The position numbers and the translations under genes are program-made. Of a stretch of 64,000 bases of DNA, positions 19,998-29,677 are shown piece by piece (the stretch's first letter is position 1; the number at the start of each line of letters is the position of its first letter). Source of the stretch: an uncultured Oscillibacter sp. Lineage in GTDB: Bacteria > Bacillota > Clostridia > Oscillospirales > Oscillospiraceae. The DNA lies in contig URKI01000003.1 of the NCBI GenBank assembly GCA_900548505.1, positions 497-64,496 on the forward strand, in the 5' to 3' direction. The notes under the pieces are model-generated. The model saw only the letters and a program-made list of their open reading frames with translations, was not told the DNA's origin and did not search any database.

Positions 19998-20534
19998 TCA
20001 GGCCTCGCCGGCCCCTTCCTGTACGTCGTTCTTTCCCTCCAGCTTGTCCCGCTGCTCCTGCATCTTGGCGGCGGAGGCGGAACGGAACCGGACCCGGGAC
20101 TGTTTGACCTCGTCCAGGGCCGCCTGGACGGCCTCTTCCGTGCGGGCCAGGGCGTCCTCAGCGTACTCGTTGGCCACCTGATAGAGCTGGCGGGAGCGGT
20201 CCTCCGCCCGGGCCACGATCTGACGGGCCTTCTCCTTGGCGGCATAGAGCACCTCGCTCTCGGAGACCTTGGTCTTGGCCTCCAGCTCCGCCTGGCGCAT
20301 CATGCGCTCCACGTCCCGCTTGGCGTCGTCCACAAATTTTTCACGGGCGGCCAGAAGCTCCTGGGCCCGCTTGATCTCCACAGGCAGCTGGGCCCGCAGT
20401 TCATCCAGAAGATCCAGCAGCTCGTCCCGGTCCACCATGCTCATGTTGGGCTTGAGGGCAGGAGACTTAGCGTCCTCGATCCGCTCGTAAATCATATCGA
20501 TCAATCGATTGATGTCATTGGCCAATTCGATCAT
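19998..20534 (-). CDS. Conserved coiled-coil protein downstream of coaD (DivIVA-like / 'ATPase subunit H'-like)
   Basis: VDRDELLDLLDELRAQLPVEIKRA followed by a long A/E/R-rich helix; typical coaD neighbour. Confidence 0.7.
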   Translation of the reverse strand: MIELANDINRLIDMIYERIEDAKSPALKPNMSMVDRDELLDLLDELRAQLPVEIKRAQELLAAREKFVDDAKRDVERMMRQAELEAKTKVSESEVLYAAKEKARQIVARAEDRSRQLYQVANEYAEDALARTEEAVQAALDEVKQSRVRFRSASAAKMQEQRDKLEGKNDVQEGAGEA

Positions 20535-21022
20535 CCTTCTTTCTTCTCAGTCAGCTCCCGCACCAGGGGAATGATGGACGCGGGCAGATATTTTTCCAGC
20601 GGCTGGCCGTAGCGGATCATCTCCCGCGCCATGGAGGAGCTGAAGTGCTGGTAGGCCGCGGAGGCGGGCAGCAGCATGGTCTCCAGTCCGGGGTGGATGT
20701 CCTGATTGATGAGGGCCAGCTGGTATTCCACATCAAAATCCGACGTGTTGCGCACGCCCCGCACGATGGCGGCGGCGCCGCGGCGGACGGCATAGTCCGC
20801 CAGAAGCCCGGAAAAGAGCTCTGCCTCCACATTGGGCAGCTCCGCCACAGCGGTGCGCACCAGCAGGAGCTTTTCCTCCGGGGTGAACATTTGGTTTTTC
20901 TTCTCCGCGTTGGGGCTGACGCACACATACACCTTATCAAAGCAGGCGGCGCTGCGCTGGATGATATCCAGGTGGCCCAGGGTGATGGGGTCAAAGCTGC
21001 CCGAGCAAACGGCTGTTTTCAT
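20531..21022 (-). CDS. coaD: Phosphopantetheine adenylyltransferase
   Basis: GSFDPITLGHLDII, IVRGVR, SSSMARE. Confidence 0.95.
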   Translation of the reverse strand: MKTAVCSGSFDPITLGHLDIIQRSAACFDKVYVCVSPNAEKKNQMFTPEEKLLLVRTAVAELPNVEAELFSGLLADYAVRRGAAAIVRGVRNTSDFDVEYQLALINQDIHPGLETMLLPASAAYQHFSSSMAREMIRYGQPLEKYLPASIIPLVRELTEKKEG

Positions 21023-21025
21023 GGG

Positions 21026-21589
21026 TCATTCCTCGTTTTGTTCGTTTCCGCTGCGGCGGTACATGGTCACGGCGATCTTGCCGTAGCGGTAGGTCTTGTG
21101 GAGACGGTAGGGCGCGGAAAGAGCCGGCATGGTCCGCTCCACAGGGTGTTCCGCCATTATTATACCATGCGGGTTGAGAATGTCAAACTTTGCGATGTGG
21201 GCAATGGCCGGCTCCAGAAGGCCGGCGGCATAGGGCGGGTCCAGGAAAATAATGTCAAATTTCTCCCGCAGCCCCTTCAGAAATTCCATGGAATCGGCGC
21301 TCACCACCCGGGCCCGGTCGGTCAGCTCCGTGACCTTCAGGTTCTCCCGGATGAGCTTGACCGCGTCGGCGCGCCGGTCCACGAACACCGCCTCCGCCGC
21401 CCCGCGGCTCAGGCACTCGATGCCAAGCTGGCCGGTGCCTGCGAACAGGTCCAGCACGCGGCGGCCCTCGATGTCAAATTGCAGGGCGCTGAACAGACCC
21501 TCTTTCACCCGGTCGGTGGTGGGGCGGGTCTCCATCCCCTCCAGTTCTTTCAATCGGCGGCCTCTGGCCGTGCCGGTGATCACGCGCAT
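21026..21589 (-). CDS. rsmD: 16S rRNA m2G966 methyltransferase
   Basis: MRVITGTARGRRL, TRPTTDRVKE, LDLFAGTG, DPPY. Confidence 0.95.
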   Translation of the reverse strand: MRVITGTARGRRLKELEGMETRPTTDRVKEGLFSALQFDIEGRRVLDLFAGTGQLGIECLSRGAAEAVFVDRRADAVKLIRENLKVTELTDRARVVSADSMEFLKGLREKFDIIFLDPPYAAGLLEPAIAHIAKFDILNPHGIIMAEHPVERTMPALSAPYRLHKTYRYGKIAVTMYRRSGNEQNEE

Positions 21590-21707
21590 GCCATTTCTCC
21601 TTTCGCCGCCCCTTTTGGGGCAGCTGCGTCAAAACTGTTCTTTATTTTACGGCAAACAAGCCTGTATTTCAATAGGCGGCGGCCGGTTTTGCCATTGTTT
21701 TTAGGTC

Positions 21708-21736
21708 TTGTGCTTTACGGCTGTTTCGTTTATAAT
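21708..21736 (+). promoter_or_regulatory. sigma-A promoter of the Asp23-DAK2 operon
   Basis: TTGTGC-17 bp-TATAAT. Confidence 0.6.
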
Positions 21737-21837
21737 GTACTTCTAAAAGTGTATGCTACTTTAGTGACTTTCTGCAAGGCATAGAGGCCGCGGCTCCGCG
21801 TCCCTCTGACAATACTGGGAAAAGAAAGGACGTTCTC

Positions 21838-22188
21838 ATGATTCAATTCAAATCTGATCAAGGTGAGATCTCCGTCAGCAGCGCCGTATTTTCCAACATT
21901 ACCGGCATCGCCGCCACCAACTGCTTCGGCGTCAAGGGCATGGCATACCGCTCCATGACCGACGGACTGGTGCACCTGCTGCGGCGGGAGGCCATGAGCA
22001 AAGGCGTTAACATCACCTACCACGACGACAACTCCATTTCCATTGAGCTCCACATTGTTGTGGAAAACGGCGTCAACCTTCCGGCTGTATGCAGCTCCAT
22101 CATGAACGAGGTGCGCTACGTCGTCACCAAAAACACCGGCGTCACCGTCAAGGCGGTGGACGTGTGCGTGGATTCCATGACGCTGTGA
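21838..22188 (+). CDS. Asp23/Gls24 family protein (YloU-like)
   Basis: AATNCFGVKGM, IELHIVVENGVN; precedes a DAK2 gene. Confidence 0.88.
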   Translation: MIQFKSDQGEISVSSAVFSNITGIAATNCFGVKGMAYRSMTDGLVHLLRREAMSKGVNITYHDDNSISIELHIVVENGVNLPAVCSSIMNEVRYVVTKNTGVTVKAVDVCVDSMTL

Positions 22189-22204
22189 GGGAGGAAGACA
22201 ACCA

Positions 22205-23896
22205 ATGAACGAACAGATCACCGGCGCGGTGTTCAAGCAGATGGTGCTCCACGGCGCCGCCGCCATCACCGCGCATAAGCAGGCCATCAACGACCTGAAC
22301 GTATTCCCCGTGCCCGACGGAGACACGGGCACCAACATGTCCATGACCATCGGCGCCGCCGTCACCGAGCTGCGCAAGGCCTCTCCCGCCACGCTGGACC
22401 AGGCCGCCTCCGTGACCGCCTCCGCCCTGCTGCGGGGCGCCCGCGGCAACTCCGGCGTCATTCTCTCCCTGCTGTTCCGGGGCCTTTCCAAGGGCCTCAA
22501 GGGCTGCGAGAGTGCCGACGCCGCCACCTTCGCCGCCGCCATGCAGGAGGGCGTGTCCGCTGCCTACAAGGCGGTGATGAAGCCCGCCGAGGGCACGGTG
22601 CTGACGGTGTCCCGTCTGGCCGCCAAGGCTGCGGTGGACGCCGCCGTGGAGGAGTCTGATGTGGAAAAGGTGCTGGAAGCAGCCATCTGCCAGGGCAACG
22701 AGGCGCTGGCCCAGACCATCGACATGAACCCCGTTTTGAAAAAGGCGGGCGTGGTGGACGCAGGCGGCAAGGGCTACCTGCTGATCCTGGAGGGTATGCT
22801 TGCCGAGCTTCGCGGCGAGCCCATGCCCGAGACCGAGGCCGACAGTGAGCCCCAGAAGGAGAAGGCCGACTTTGTGGCCATGGCCGCCGAGGAGATCACC
22901 TTTGCCTTCGACACGGTGTTCATCGTCCGCAAGGCCACGGCCGACATCTCCCTGGAGCCTCTGCGCACCTATCTCAACAGCATCGGCGACAGCCTGGTCA
23001 TCGGTGAGGACGACGAGGCCTTCAAGGTCCACGTCCACACCAACATCCCCGGCAGCGCCCTGAACGAGGCCCAGAAGTACGGCACGCTGGAGCTGGCCAA
23101 GATCGAGAACATGCGCACCCAGGCCGACGATCTGGCCGCCGGCAAGCATGTCCAGAGCACCGACGACCTGGATGCCATCGAAGAGTCCCTGGAGTCCGGC
23201 TGTGAACAGGGCGGCCACGTGGTGGCCGAGCCGGAAAAGCCCTACGGCTTTTTGGCCGTGTGCGCCGGCGAGGGCCTGGCCGCTGTGTTCCGGGATCTGG
23301 GCGCCGACGGCGTAGTCTCCGGCGGACAGACCATGAACCCCTCCACGGAGAGCCTGCTGGAGGGCGTGGACAAGATCCCCGCCGAGACGGTGTTCATCCT
23401 GCCCAACAACTCCAACATCATCATGGCCGCCCAGCAGTGCGCCGCCCTGACGGAAAAGCGCGTGGTGGTCATTCCCTCCAAGACCGTTCCCCAGGGCATC
23501 ACCGCCATGATGAACGTGGACTTCGAGGCGCCCGATGCCGAGACGCTGGAGGCCGCCATGACCGAGAGCCTTTCCACCGTCTCCACCGCCCAGATCACCT
23601 ATGCCGCCCGCAACTCCGACTTTGACGGCTTCGACATCAAGGCCGGCGACTATCTGGCTTTGATGGAGGGCAAGCTCTTCGGCACCGACGGCAATCTGGA
23701 CACCCTGCTGGAGAACCTGGCAGCCAGCGCCCGGGAGAAGGAGGCCTCCTTCATCTCCTTGTACTTCGGCGAGGATGTTTCTGAGGAGGACGCCCAGAAG
23801 GCGGCCGCCGTTTTCGAGCAGGCCTGCCCCGAGGCAGAGGTTGCTGTCCTCTCCGGCGGTCAGCCTGTGTACTATTATATTATTTCCATGGAGTAA
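22205..23896 (+). CDS. DAK2-domain fatty acid kinase subunit (YloV/FakA-like)
   Basis: NDLNVFPVPDGDTGTNM, GARGNSGVILS, GVVDAGG, KVHVHT, GGQTMNPS, GGQPVYYY. Confidence 0.93.
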   Translation: MNEQITGAVFKQMVLHGAAAITAHKQAINDLNVFPVPDGDTGTNMSMTIGAAVTELRKASPATLDQAASVTASALLRGARGNSGVILSLLFRGLSKGLKGCESADAATFAAAMQEGVSAAYKAVMKPAEGTVLTVSRLAAKAAVDAAVEESDVEKVLEAAICQGNEALAQTIDMNPVLKKAGVVDAGGKGYLLILEGMLAELRGEPMPETEADSEPQKEKADFVAMAAEEITFAFDTVFIVRKATADISLEPLRTYLNSIGDSLVIGEDDEAFKVHVHTNIPGSALNEAQKYGTLELAKIENMRTQADDLAAGKHVQSTDDLDAIEESLESGCEQGGHVVAEPEKPYGFLAVCAGEGLAAVFRDLGADGVVSGGQTMNPSTESLLEGVDKIPAETVFILPNNSNIIMAAQQCAALTEKRVVVIPSKTVPQGITAMMNVDFEAPDAETLEAAMTESLSTVSTAQITYAARNSDFDGFDIKAGDYLALMEGKLFGTDGNLDTLLENLAASAREKEASFISLYFGEDVSEEDAQKAAAVFEQACPEAEVAVLSGGQPVYYYIISME

Positions 23897-23952
23897 GGCT
23901 TTGGGGCCGCCGCGGATGCGGCGGCCCGTTTTTTTGAAAGGAGGCGCGTCCC

Positions 23953-24429
23953 ATGTCTCTTCGGCTCGTATCCCTCCTGGCTCTGGTGCCCGGTCTCATC
24001 GGGTATCTTGTAAACAGCCTGCTATCCCGGACCCTCTCCGGCCCCGCCTGGGCTTTTGCCGCGACCTTTTACCTCCAGGCACCCCTGACCGCGGCGTTCT
24101 GCCTGTGGCTGGGGTACCGGTGTGCTCGCTCCCACTATCCCTTCCCCGCCGCTCTGGCCGCCTCCCAGTGGGCCAATGGGCTGAGCTTCCTCCTGTACCT
24201 GTGGCAGTTCCACCTGTGCGATGACGCCGGACGCAGCTTTTTCTGGGCCCTCCTGGCCCAGTGCCCGGCCGGACCGCTTCTTTTCTGGGCCATGCGCATC
24301 GTCATGCCCTTTTCCGGCGGCACCTGGGCCCAGCCGGAGACCACCATCGCCACAGCGCTGTCCCTGGTGTTTCTGGCGATCCTGTTTTCCCTGGGCTTCT
24401 GGTGGGGACGGCGCAAAAAAACTGCATAA
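23953..24429 (+). CDS. Hypothetical membrane protein
   Basis: AAAGGAGG RBS; several hydrophobic segments. Confidence 0.65.
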   Translation: MSLRLVSLLALVPGLIGYLVNSLLSRTLSGPAWAFAATFYLQAPLTAAFCLWLGYRCARSHYPFPAALAASQWANGLSFLLYLWQFHLCDDAGRSFFWALLAQCPAGPLLFWAMRIVMPFSGGTWAQPETTIATALSLVFLAILFSLGFWWGRRKKTA

Positions 24430-24433
24430 TAAT

Positions 24434-24471
24434 AAAAAGAGCCCCGATGCACAGCATCGGAGCTCTTTTTT
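24434..24471. terminator. Bidirectional terminator
   Basis: AAAAAGAGCCCCGATGC-ACA-GCATCGGAGCTCTTTTTT between convergent genes. Confidence 0.75.
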
Positions 24472-24478
24472 GTTTTCA

Positions 24479-25405
24479 TCAGGCCAGGAAGCCCTTGAGG
24501 ATGCACTCCTCGGCCTCCTCCTCGGTGAGACCCAGGGTCTCCAGCTTCAAAAGCTGCTCGCCGGCGATCTTGCCGATGGCCGCCTCATGGACCAGCTGCG
24601 CCTCGGTGCAGTTGGCGGTGATGGCGGGGATGGACTTGATCTTGGCGTTGCCCATGATGATGGAGTCACACTGGACATGGCCGAAGCACTTGGCGTTGCC
24701 CACCATACGGGGATAGAACACCTGGGAGGAATCGTCCTGGGCAACAGAACGGGAGATGACCCGGCCCTTGGCGTCCTCGCCCTCCAGCACGATCTCCATG
24801 TCGCTTTCGGCCACCTGGTCGCCGTGGGTCAGCAGACGCTCGGTGACCACCGCCTCAGCGCCCTTGCCGCAGACGATCTTCGTATAGCGCTTGGTGGAGT
24901 CCACGCCCCGGATCTGGACGCTGTCCATCTGGATGGTAGCGCCCTCGTCCAGATACACGATGGTCTGGGGATTCATAACCTTGCCTCCCCGGCCGTCGCC
25001 CTGGCCGTAGTGCTTTTCCGCATAGTGGACCCGGGAGTTCTTGCCCACGTGGAACGTATGCACGCCCTCGTGACGGGACTCCTGGTCGCCGCAGTTGTGG
25101 ATGCCGCAGCCGGCCACGATCTCCACATCGCAGTTTTCCCCGATGTAGAAGTCGTTGTATACCACTTCCTGGATGCCCGGCTTGGTGATGATGGCGGGAA
25201 TGTAGCACTTCTCGCCCACGGTGCCGTCCAGGATGCGGATGTCGATGCCGCTCTTGCCGTCGGTGCGGCTGTCGATCTTGATATGCTCCGTGGACTCCCG
25301 GCCGTCACAGCCGCAGTCCTTGCGGATATTGAAAGCGCCCACAGGCTTGCCCAGCATGTCCGCGATCTTTTCCAGAAGCTCGCGGTCGATCTCGTTTTCC
25401 ATCAT
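24479..25405 (-). CDS. SufB/SufD-family Fe-S scaffold protein
   Basis: AGCGIHNC, beta-helix-like body, GHVQCDSIIM, LVHEAAIGKIAGEQLLKLETLGL. Confidence 0.88.
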   Translation of the reverse strand: MMENEIDRELLEKIADMLGKPVGAFNIRKDCGCDGRESTEHIKIDSRTDGKSGIDIRILDGTVGEKCYIPAIITKPGIQEVVYNDFYIGENCDVEIVAGCGIHNCGDQESRHEGVHTFHVGKNSRVHYAEKHYGQGDGRGGKVMNPQTIVYLDEGATIQMDSVQIRGVDSTKRYTKIVCGKGAEAVVTERLLTHGDQVAESDMEIVLEGEDAKGRVISRSVAQDDSSQVFYPRMVGNAKCFGHVQCDSIIMGNAKIKSIPAITANCTEAQLVHEAAIGKIAGEQLLKLETLGLTEEEAEECILKGFLA

Positions 25406-26145
25406 TGTGCAGCGCCTCCCTTCGTCATGAGCACCGGGCAGCCGCCGGTGGTGTCCGCCAGGATCTGGGGCAGGATGTCCTGTGCGCTGCCCCGGTGGCG
25501 GATGGCTCCGTCACCCACCACGATGACCTCGTCCGCCAGGGAGATGATGCGCTCCTGGTGGGAGATGATGATCATGGTGGCGGTGCCGTTGGCATGGATC
25601 TGTTCAAAGGTCTCCGTCAGCCGGGCGAAGCTCCACAGGTCGATGCCCGCCTCCGGCTCGTCGAAAATCATCAGCTGGCTGTTCCGGGCCAGGATGGAGG
25701 CGATCTCAATGCGCTTGACCTCGCCGCCGGAGAGGGACACGTCCACTTCGCGGTCCAGATAGTCGTTGGCGCACAGGCCCACCTTGGTCAGGTACTGGCA
25801 GCAGCGGTCCTTGGAGAGCTTTTCATCGCCGCTGGCCAGCGTCAGCAGGTCGCGGACGGTCAGGCCCTTGAACCGGGGGGGCTGCTGGAAGCCGTAGCTG
25901 ATGCCCAGGCGCGCCCGCTCCGTGATGCCAAGGTCCGTGATGTCCTGCCCGTTCCAGAGGATCTGGCCGGCGGTGGGCTTCACCAGACCCATGATGATCT
26001 TGGCCAGGGTGGTCTTGCCGCCGCCGTTAGGGCCGGTGAACACCACCAGCTTGTGGTCGTCGATGCTCAGGGAAATATCATTCAAAATACCCAGCGTACT
26101 GTCCCCTTCCTGGACAGTATAGCTGATATGCTTCAGTTCCAGCAT
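25402..26145 (-). CDS. SufC-like ABC ATPase
   Basis: GPNGGGKTT, FQQPPRF, LSGGEVKRIEIA, FDEPEAGIDL; coupled to the SufB-like gene. Confidence 0.88.
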   Translation of the reverse strand: MLELKHISYTVQEGDSTLGILNDISLSIDDHKLVVFTGPNGGGKTTLAKIIMGLVKPTAGQILWNGQDITDLGITERARLGISYGFQQPPRFKGLTVRDLLTLASGDEKLSKDRCCQYLTKVGLCANDYLDREVDVSLSGGEVKRIEIASILARNSQLMIFDEPEAGIDLWSFARLTETFEQIHANGTATMIIISHQERIISLADEVIVVGDGAIRHRGSAQDILPQILADTTGGCPVLMTKGGAAQ

Positions 26146-26339
26146 GGAACGAAACCTCCTTCTTGGGAAAAAATGCTCACAGCTTGTCTATTTTAGCAGA
26201 AACGGTAAAAAAATGCAACGGATGGCGTGGCTTTTCCCAGGGTATTTTAACCGCATCGGGCGTTTTTTACCTGTGGTACATGCAACAGGCACAGTTTTTT
26301 TCTCCGCGCATATACTGGGAGGAAAAGGAGGGACTTTTT

Positions 26340-27017
26340 ATGGAACAAGATCGCCCGTCCGTTCTGGACCTGCGCCGCAGCGCACAGGTATGGCAGCGGG
26401 TGGCTCCGGGCATGGAGCCGTTCCCCGCCGCTGACGGCACTGCCGTCCCCGCCATGGCGCCCCAGACCCCCGCCGAACCGGCCACTGCTGCGGCTCCCAT
26501 GCCCCGCCAGGAGAGCGCTACGATGCCTCAGGCGCCGTCCGCCGGAACGTACCCCGCCCCTGCAAACCTGCCCGGCGCCGTGTTGGACCCCTGCTGCATG
26601 GGCTCCGCCGCGGCCGACATGCTGGACGTCATCACCGGCTTTGTGGATGAATGCCTGGCCCAGTGCCGCCAGCTGCACCAGCTCTCCCGACAGGGGCCGG
26701 CCTGGGCCCGGCAGAAGCTGCGCCAGATCGCCGCAGAAGAAGAAGCCCACGCCAAGCGGCTCATGGCCGTCTACTATCTCATCACCGGCACCTGCTACCA
26801 TCCGGCCATCTGTCAGCCCTGTCCCCGGCAGGGCGGCTGGTGCGCGGCGCTGCGGGAGCAGTACCACCTGGCCGCCTGCACGGCGTTCAACTTTGCCCGG
26901 GCTGCCGACGGCACCTCCGACGCGTGCCTTTCCCGCCTGTTCAGCGAACTGAGCCAGCGGGAATACCAGACCGCCGAGACGCTGACCGCCCTGCTGGAGC
27001 GCAGTCTCCAGTGCTGA
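26340..27017 (+). CDS. Hypothetical protein with Pro/Ala-rich N-terminus and ferritin-like C-terminus (probably sporulation-associated)
   Basis: AAGGAGGG RBS; IAAEEEAHAKRL...YYLITG helix motif; sigma-K-like promoter upstream. Confidence 0.6.
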   Translation: MEQDRPSVLDLRRSAQVWQRVAPGMEPFPAADGTAVPAMAPQTPAEPATAAAPMPRQESATMPQAPSAGTYPAPANLPGAVLDPCCMGSAAADMLDVITGFVDECLAQCRQLHQLSRQGPAWARQKLRQIAAEEEAHAKRLMAVYYLITGTCYHPAICQPCPRQGGWCAALREQYHLAACTAFNFARAADGTSDACLSRLFSELSQREYQTAETLTALLERSLQC

Positions 27018-27101
27018 GATTTTCGTTGCGCCGGGGCGGCGGATATGGTATGATGAGCCAAAGATCAAGCTCTTGGCAGCAGCGAAACGGAGGCACACAG
27101 G

Positions 27102-27704
27102 ATGAAGAAGATCATTACCATCAGCCGGGAATACGGCGCCGGCGGCCACTCCATCGGCAAGCAGGTAGCCCAGCAGCTGGGCATCCCCTTTTATGACAAG
27201 GACATTCTCCGGGAATCCGTAAAGGCCAGCGGTTTCGACACGGAACTGGTGGAGACGGAAGAGGAGGACAGCTCCCGGGCGGATTCGTTCTTCCGGAGCC
27301 TTTGCTCCATTTCCAGCGCCTATTACCGCGACTCCCAGGAGGCCATCCATGACGTGCAGAAGGCGGTGATCCTCCGCTTCGCCCAGCAGGGGCCCTGCGT
27401 GATCCTGGGCCGCTGCGCCGACGAATTCCTGCGGGAGGCCGGCATCGACAGCGTCAACGTGTTCATCCACGCCGACGATGTGCACCGGGCCGTCCGGGTC
27501 AGCGAACTGATCGGCAGCACCAACGCTACCGAGATCCAGAAGCTCATGGCCAAGAAGGACGCCAGCCGCCATACCTATTACACCCGCTACACCGGCAAAA
27601 AGTGGGGCGACAGCCACAACTATGATCTGACGCTGGACAGCGGCACCCTGGGCTATGACCTCTGCGTCAAGCTCATCGTGGCAGCAGCCCAGGCGGAGGA
27701 CTGA
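27102..27704 (+). CDS. Cytidylate kinase-like family protein
   Basis: IITISREYGAGG, FYDK, CVILGRCAD, YDLTLDS. Confidence 0.88.
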   Translation: MKKIITISREYGAGGHSIGKQVAQQLGIPFYDKDILRESVKASGFDTELVETEEEDSSRADSFFRSLCSISSAYYRDSQEAIHDVQKAVILRFAQQGPCVILGRCADEFLREAGIDSVNVFIHADDVHRAVRVSELIGSTNATEIQKLMAKKDASRHTYYTRYTGKKWGDSHNYDLTLDSGTLGYDLCVKLIVAAAQAED

Positions 27705-27783
27705 GTTTTTCCATCAGGCGGGGCGGGCAGATGCCCGCCCCTGCTTTCTTGCCGTGCCGCGGCGATTCTTCTCAGGAGGCACT

Positions 27784-28464
27784 ATGTTTACCGGATTTAC
27801 CGACGAGACCGTGGACTTCATGTGGGGCATCCGCTTCAACAATGAGCGCAGCTGGTTTGAAGCCCACAAGCAGACCTATCTTACCCAACTCTATCAGCCC
27901 ATGTGCGCCCTGGCGGACGAGCTCTATGACTTTATGGCCGACCAGCGGCCGGATCTGGGCCTCATCCGCAAGGTGACCCGCATCTACCGGGACGCCCGGC
28001 GGCTCCATGGCCGGGGGCCCTACAAGGACCACCTGTGGCTGTGCGTGGAGCAGCCCGCTGAGCAGTGGACCGCCCACCCCACCTTCTGGTTCGAGCTGAC
28101 TCCCGACGGCTGGAGCTACGGCCTGGGGTACTACATGGCAAAGCCTTTGACCATGGCCAAGCTCCGCGCCCGCATGGACCGAGATCCCAAGCCCATGGAG
28201 CAGCTGACCCGTGATTTGGAGCGCCAAACGGAGTTTTCCCTGGAGGCGGAAAACTATAAGCGTCCCCGCTCCGCTCCGTCCCGCCCAGCACTGGCCCCCT
28301 GGTATCAGGCCAAGTCCTTTGCCATCACCCACCAGGACAAACTCACCGAGGAGCTGTTCTGCCGGGACATCGTGGAGCATCTGAAGCAGGGCTTTTCCTT
28401 CCTGCTGCCCTACTATGACTACTTCGTCACCCTGGACGGCGACCCCGACCCCAGGGAGCTGTAA
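27784..28464 (+). CDS. DUF2461 family protein
   Basis: NNERSWFEAHK, RIYRDAR...PYK; AGGAGG RBS before MFTGF. Confidence 0.8.
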   Translation: MFTGFTDETVDFMWGIRFNNERSWFEAHKQTYLTQLYQPMCALADELYDFMADQRPDLGLIRKVTRIYRDARRLHGRGPYKDHLWLCVEQPAEQWTAHPTFWFELTPDGWSYGLGYYMAKPLTMAKLRARMDRDPKPMEQLTRDLERQTEFSLEAENYKRPRSAPSRPALAPWYQAKSFAITHQDKLTEELFCRDIVEHLKQGFSFLLPYYDYFVTLDGDPDPREL

Positions 28465-28503
28465 GCGGATATCCGCCATCAATCTTACAAAGGAGCGACT
28501 ATC

Positions 28504-29088
28504 ATGAAAGCATGTCCTGACCGTTCTTCCGCCCTGGCGCTTTTGAAAAAGTACAACGCCGAGCCCTTCCACATCCAGCACGCCCTGACCGTGGAAGGCG
28601 TCATGCGCTGGTACGCCGCAGAGCTGGGCCACGCCGACGAGGCGGATTTCTGGGCCACCGTGGGCCTGCTCCACGACGTGGACTTTGAAAAGTGGCCGGA
28701 GGAGCACTGCAAAAAGGCGCCGGAGCTGCTGGCGGAGATCGGCTGCAGCGACGAGTTCATCCACGCGGTGTGCAGCCATGGCTACGGCCTTTGCTCCGAC
28801 GTGGAGCCTACCGCCGAAATGGAAAAGGTGCTCTTTGCCGCCGACGAGCTGACCGGCCTCATCGGCGCCGCCGCCCGCATGCGGCCCAGCAAGAGCTGCC
28901 AGGACATGGAGCTCAGTTCCCTGAAGAAGAAGTTCAAGGACAAGAAGTTCGCCGCCGGCTGCTCCCGGGACGTGATCCGGGAGGGCGCCGAGCGCCTGGG
29001 CTGGACACTGGACGAGCTGCTGGAGAAAACCATCCTGGCCATGCGCTCCTGCGAGGACTCCGTGAACGAGGCCATGGCAGCCCTGTGA
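28504..29088 (+). CDS. HD-domain hydrolase
   Basis: HALTVE, GLLHDVD, SH, LFAADEL, KKFKDKKFAAG. Confidence 0.88.
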   Translation: MKACPDRSSALALLKKYNAEPFHIQHALTVEGVMRWYAAELGHADEADFWATVGLLHDVDFEKWPEEHCKKAPELLAEIGCSDEFIHAVCSHGYGLCSDVEPTAEMEKVLFAADELTGLIGAAARMRPSKSCQDMELSSLKKKFKDKKFAAGCSRDVIREGAERLGWTLDELLEKTILAMRSCEDSVNEAMAAL

Positions 29089-29636
29089 GTGCGCCGTCCG
29101 CCCCGGAGACCGCCGTCCCCGGCAGTCTCCCTCCCTATGAACTCATCCGCTCCGACCGCAAGACCCTCTCCCTCCAGGTGACCCGGGAAGGACAGGTGGT
29201 GGTGCGGGCCCCGCGGTTCCTGGCAGAATCCGCCATCCGCCGGTTTGTCCGGGAAAAGTCCGGCTGGATCGCCCGGCAGCTGGAGCGGCAGCGGCAGCGT
29301 CCGCCCCGCCCGGAGCCTACCGCCGCGGAGCTGGCCGCCCTGAAAGCCCGGGCCAAGGAGCAGATCGTACCCCTGGTGGAGCTTTGGAGCCGCCGGACCG
29401 GGCTGGTTCCCACTGGCGTGAAGATCACCGCCGCCCGCACCCGCTACGGAAGCTGCAGCGGGAAAAACAGCCTCTGCTTTTCCTGTTTTCTTGCGGACTT
29501 CCCGCCCCAGGCGGTGGAGGCCGTAGTGGTCCACGAGCTTTGTCACATCAAAGAAAAGAATCACGGTCCCCGGTTCTACGCCCTGCTGGAGGAGTATCTC
29601 CCCGACTACCGGGCCCGCCGGGCCCTGCTGCCGTAA
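29085..29636 (+). CDS. YgjP/DUF45-like zinc metallopeptidase
   Basis: RSDRKTLSL, RYGSCS, VVVHELCHIKEKNHGPRFY (HExxH); GTG start overlapping the upstream stop. Confidence 0.85.
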   Translation: MSAPSAPETAVPGSLPPYELIRSDRKTLSLQVTREGQVVVRAPRFLAESAIRRFVREKSGWIARQLERQRQRPPRPEPTAAELAALKARAKEQIVPLVELWSRRTGLVPTGVKITAARTRYGSCSGKNSLCFSCFLADFPPQAVEAVVVHELCHIKEKNHGPRFYALLEEYLPDYRARRALLP

Positions 29637-29674
29637 AAAAAGCGCCATGGAAACTGCGTTTCCATGGCGCTTTT
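29635..29674. terminator. Bidirectional terminator
   Basis: AAAAGCGCCATGGAAAC-TGC-GTTTCCATGGCGCTTTT. Confidence 0.8.
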
Positions 29675-29677
29675 CAT

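Noticed and set aside
4804..24429. Possible paralogy between the two roughly 157-aa membrane proteins (4804-5274 and 23953-24429)
   Set aside because: Only length, hydrophobicity and a basic C-terminus are shared; no convincing alignment by eye.
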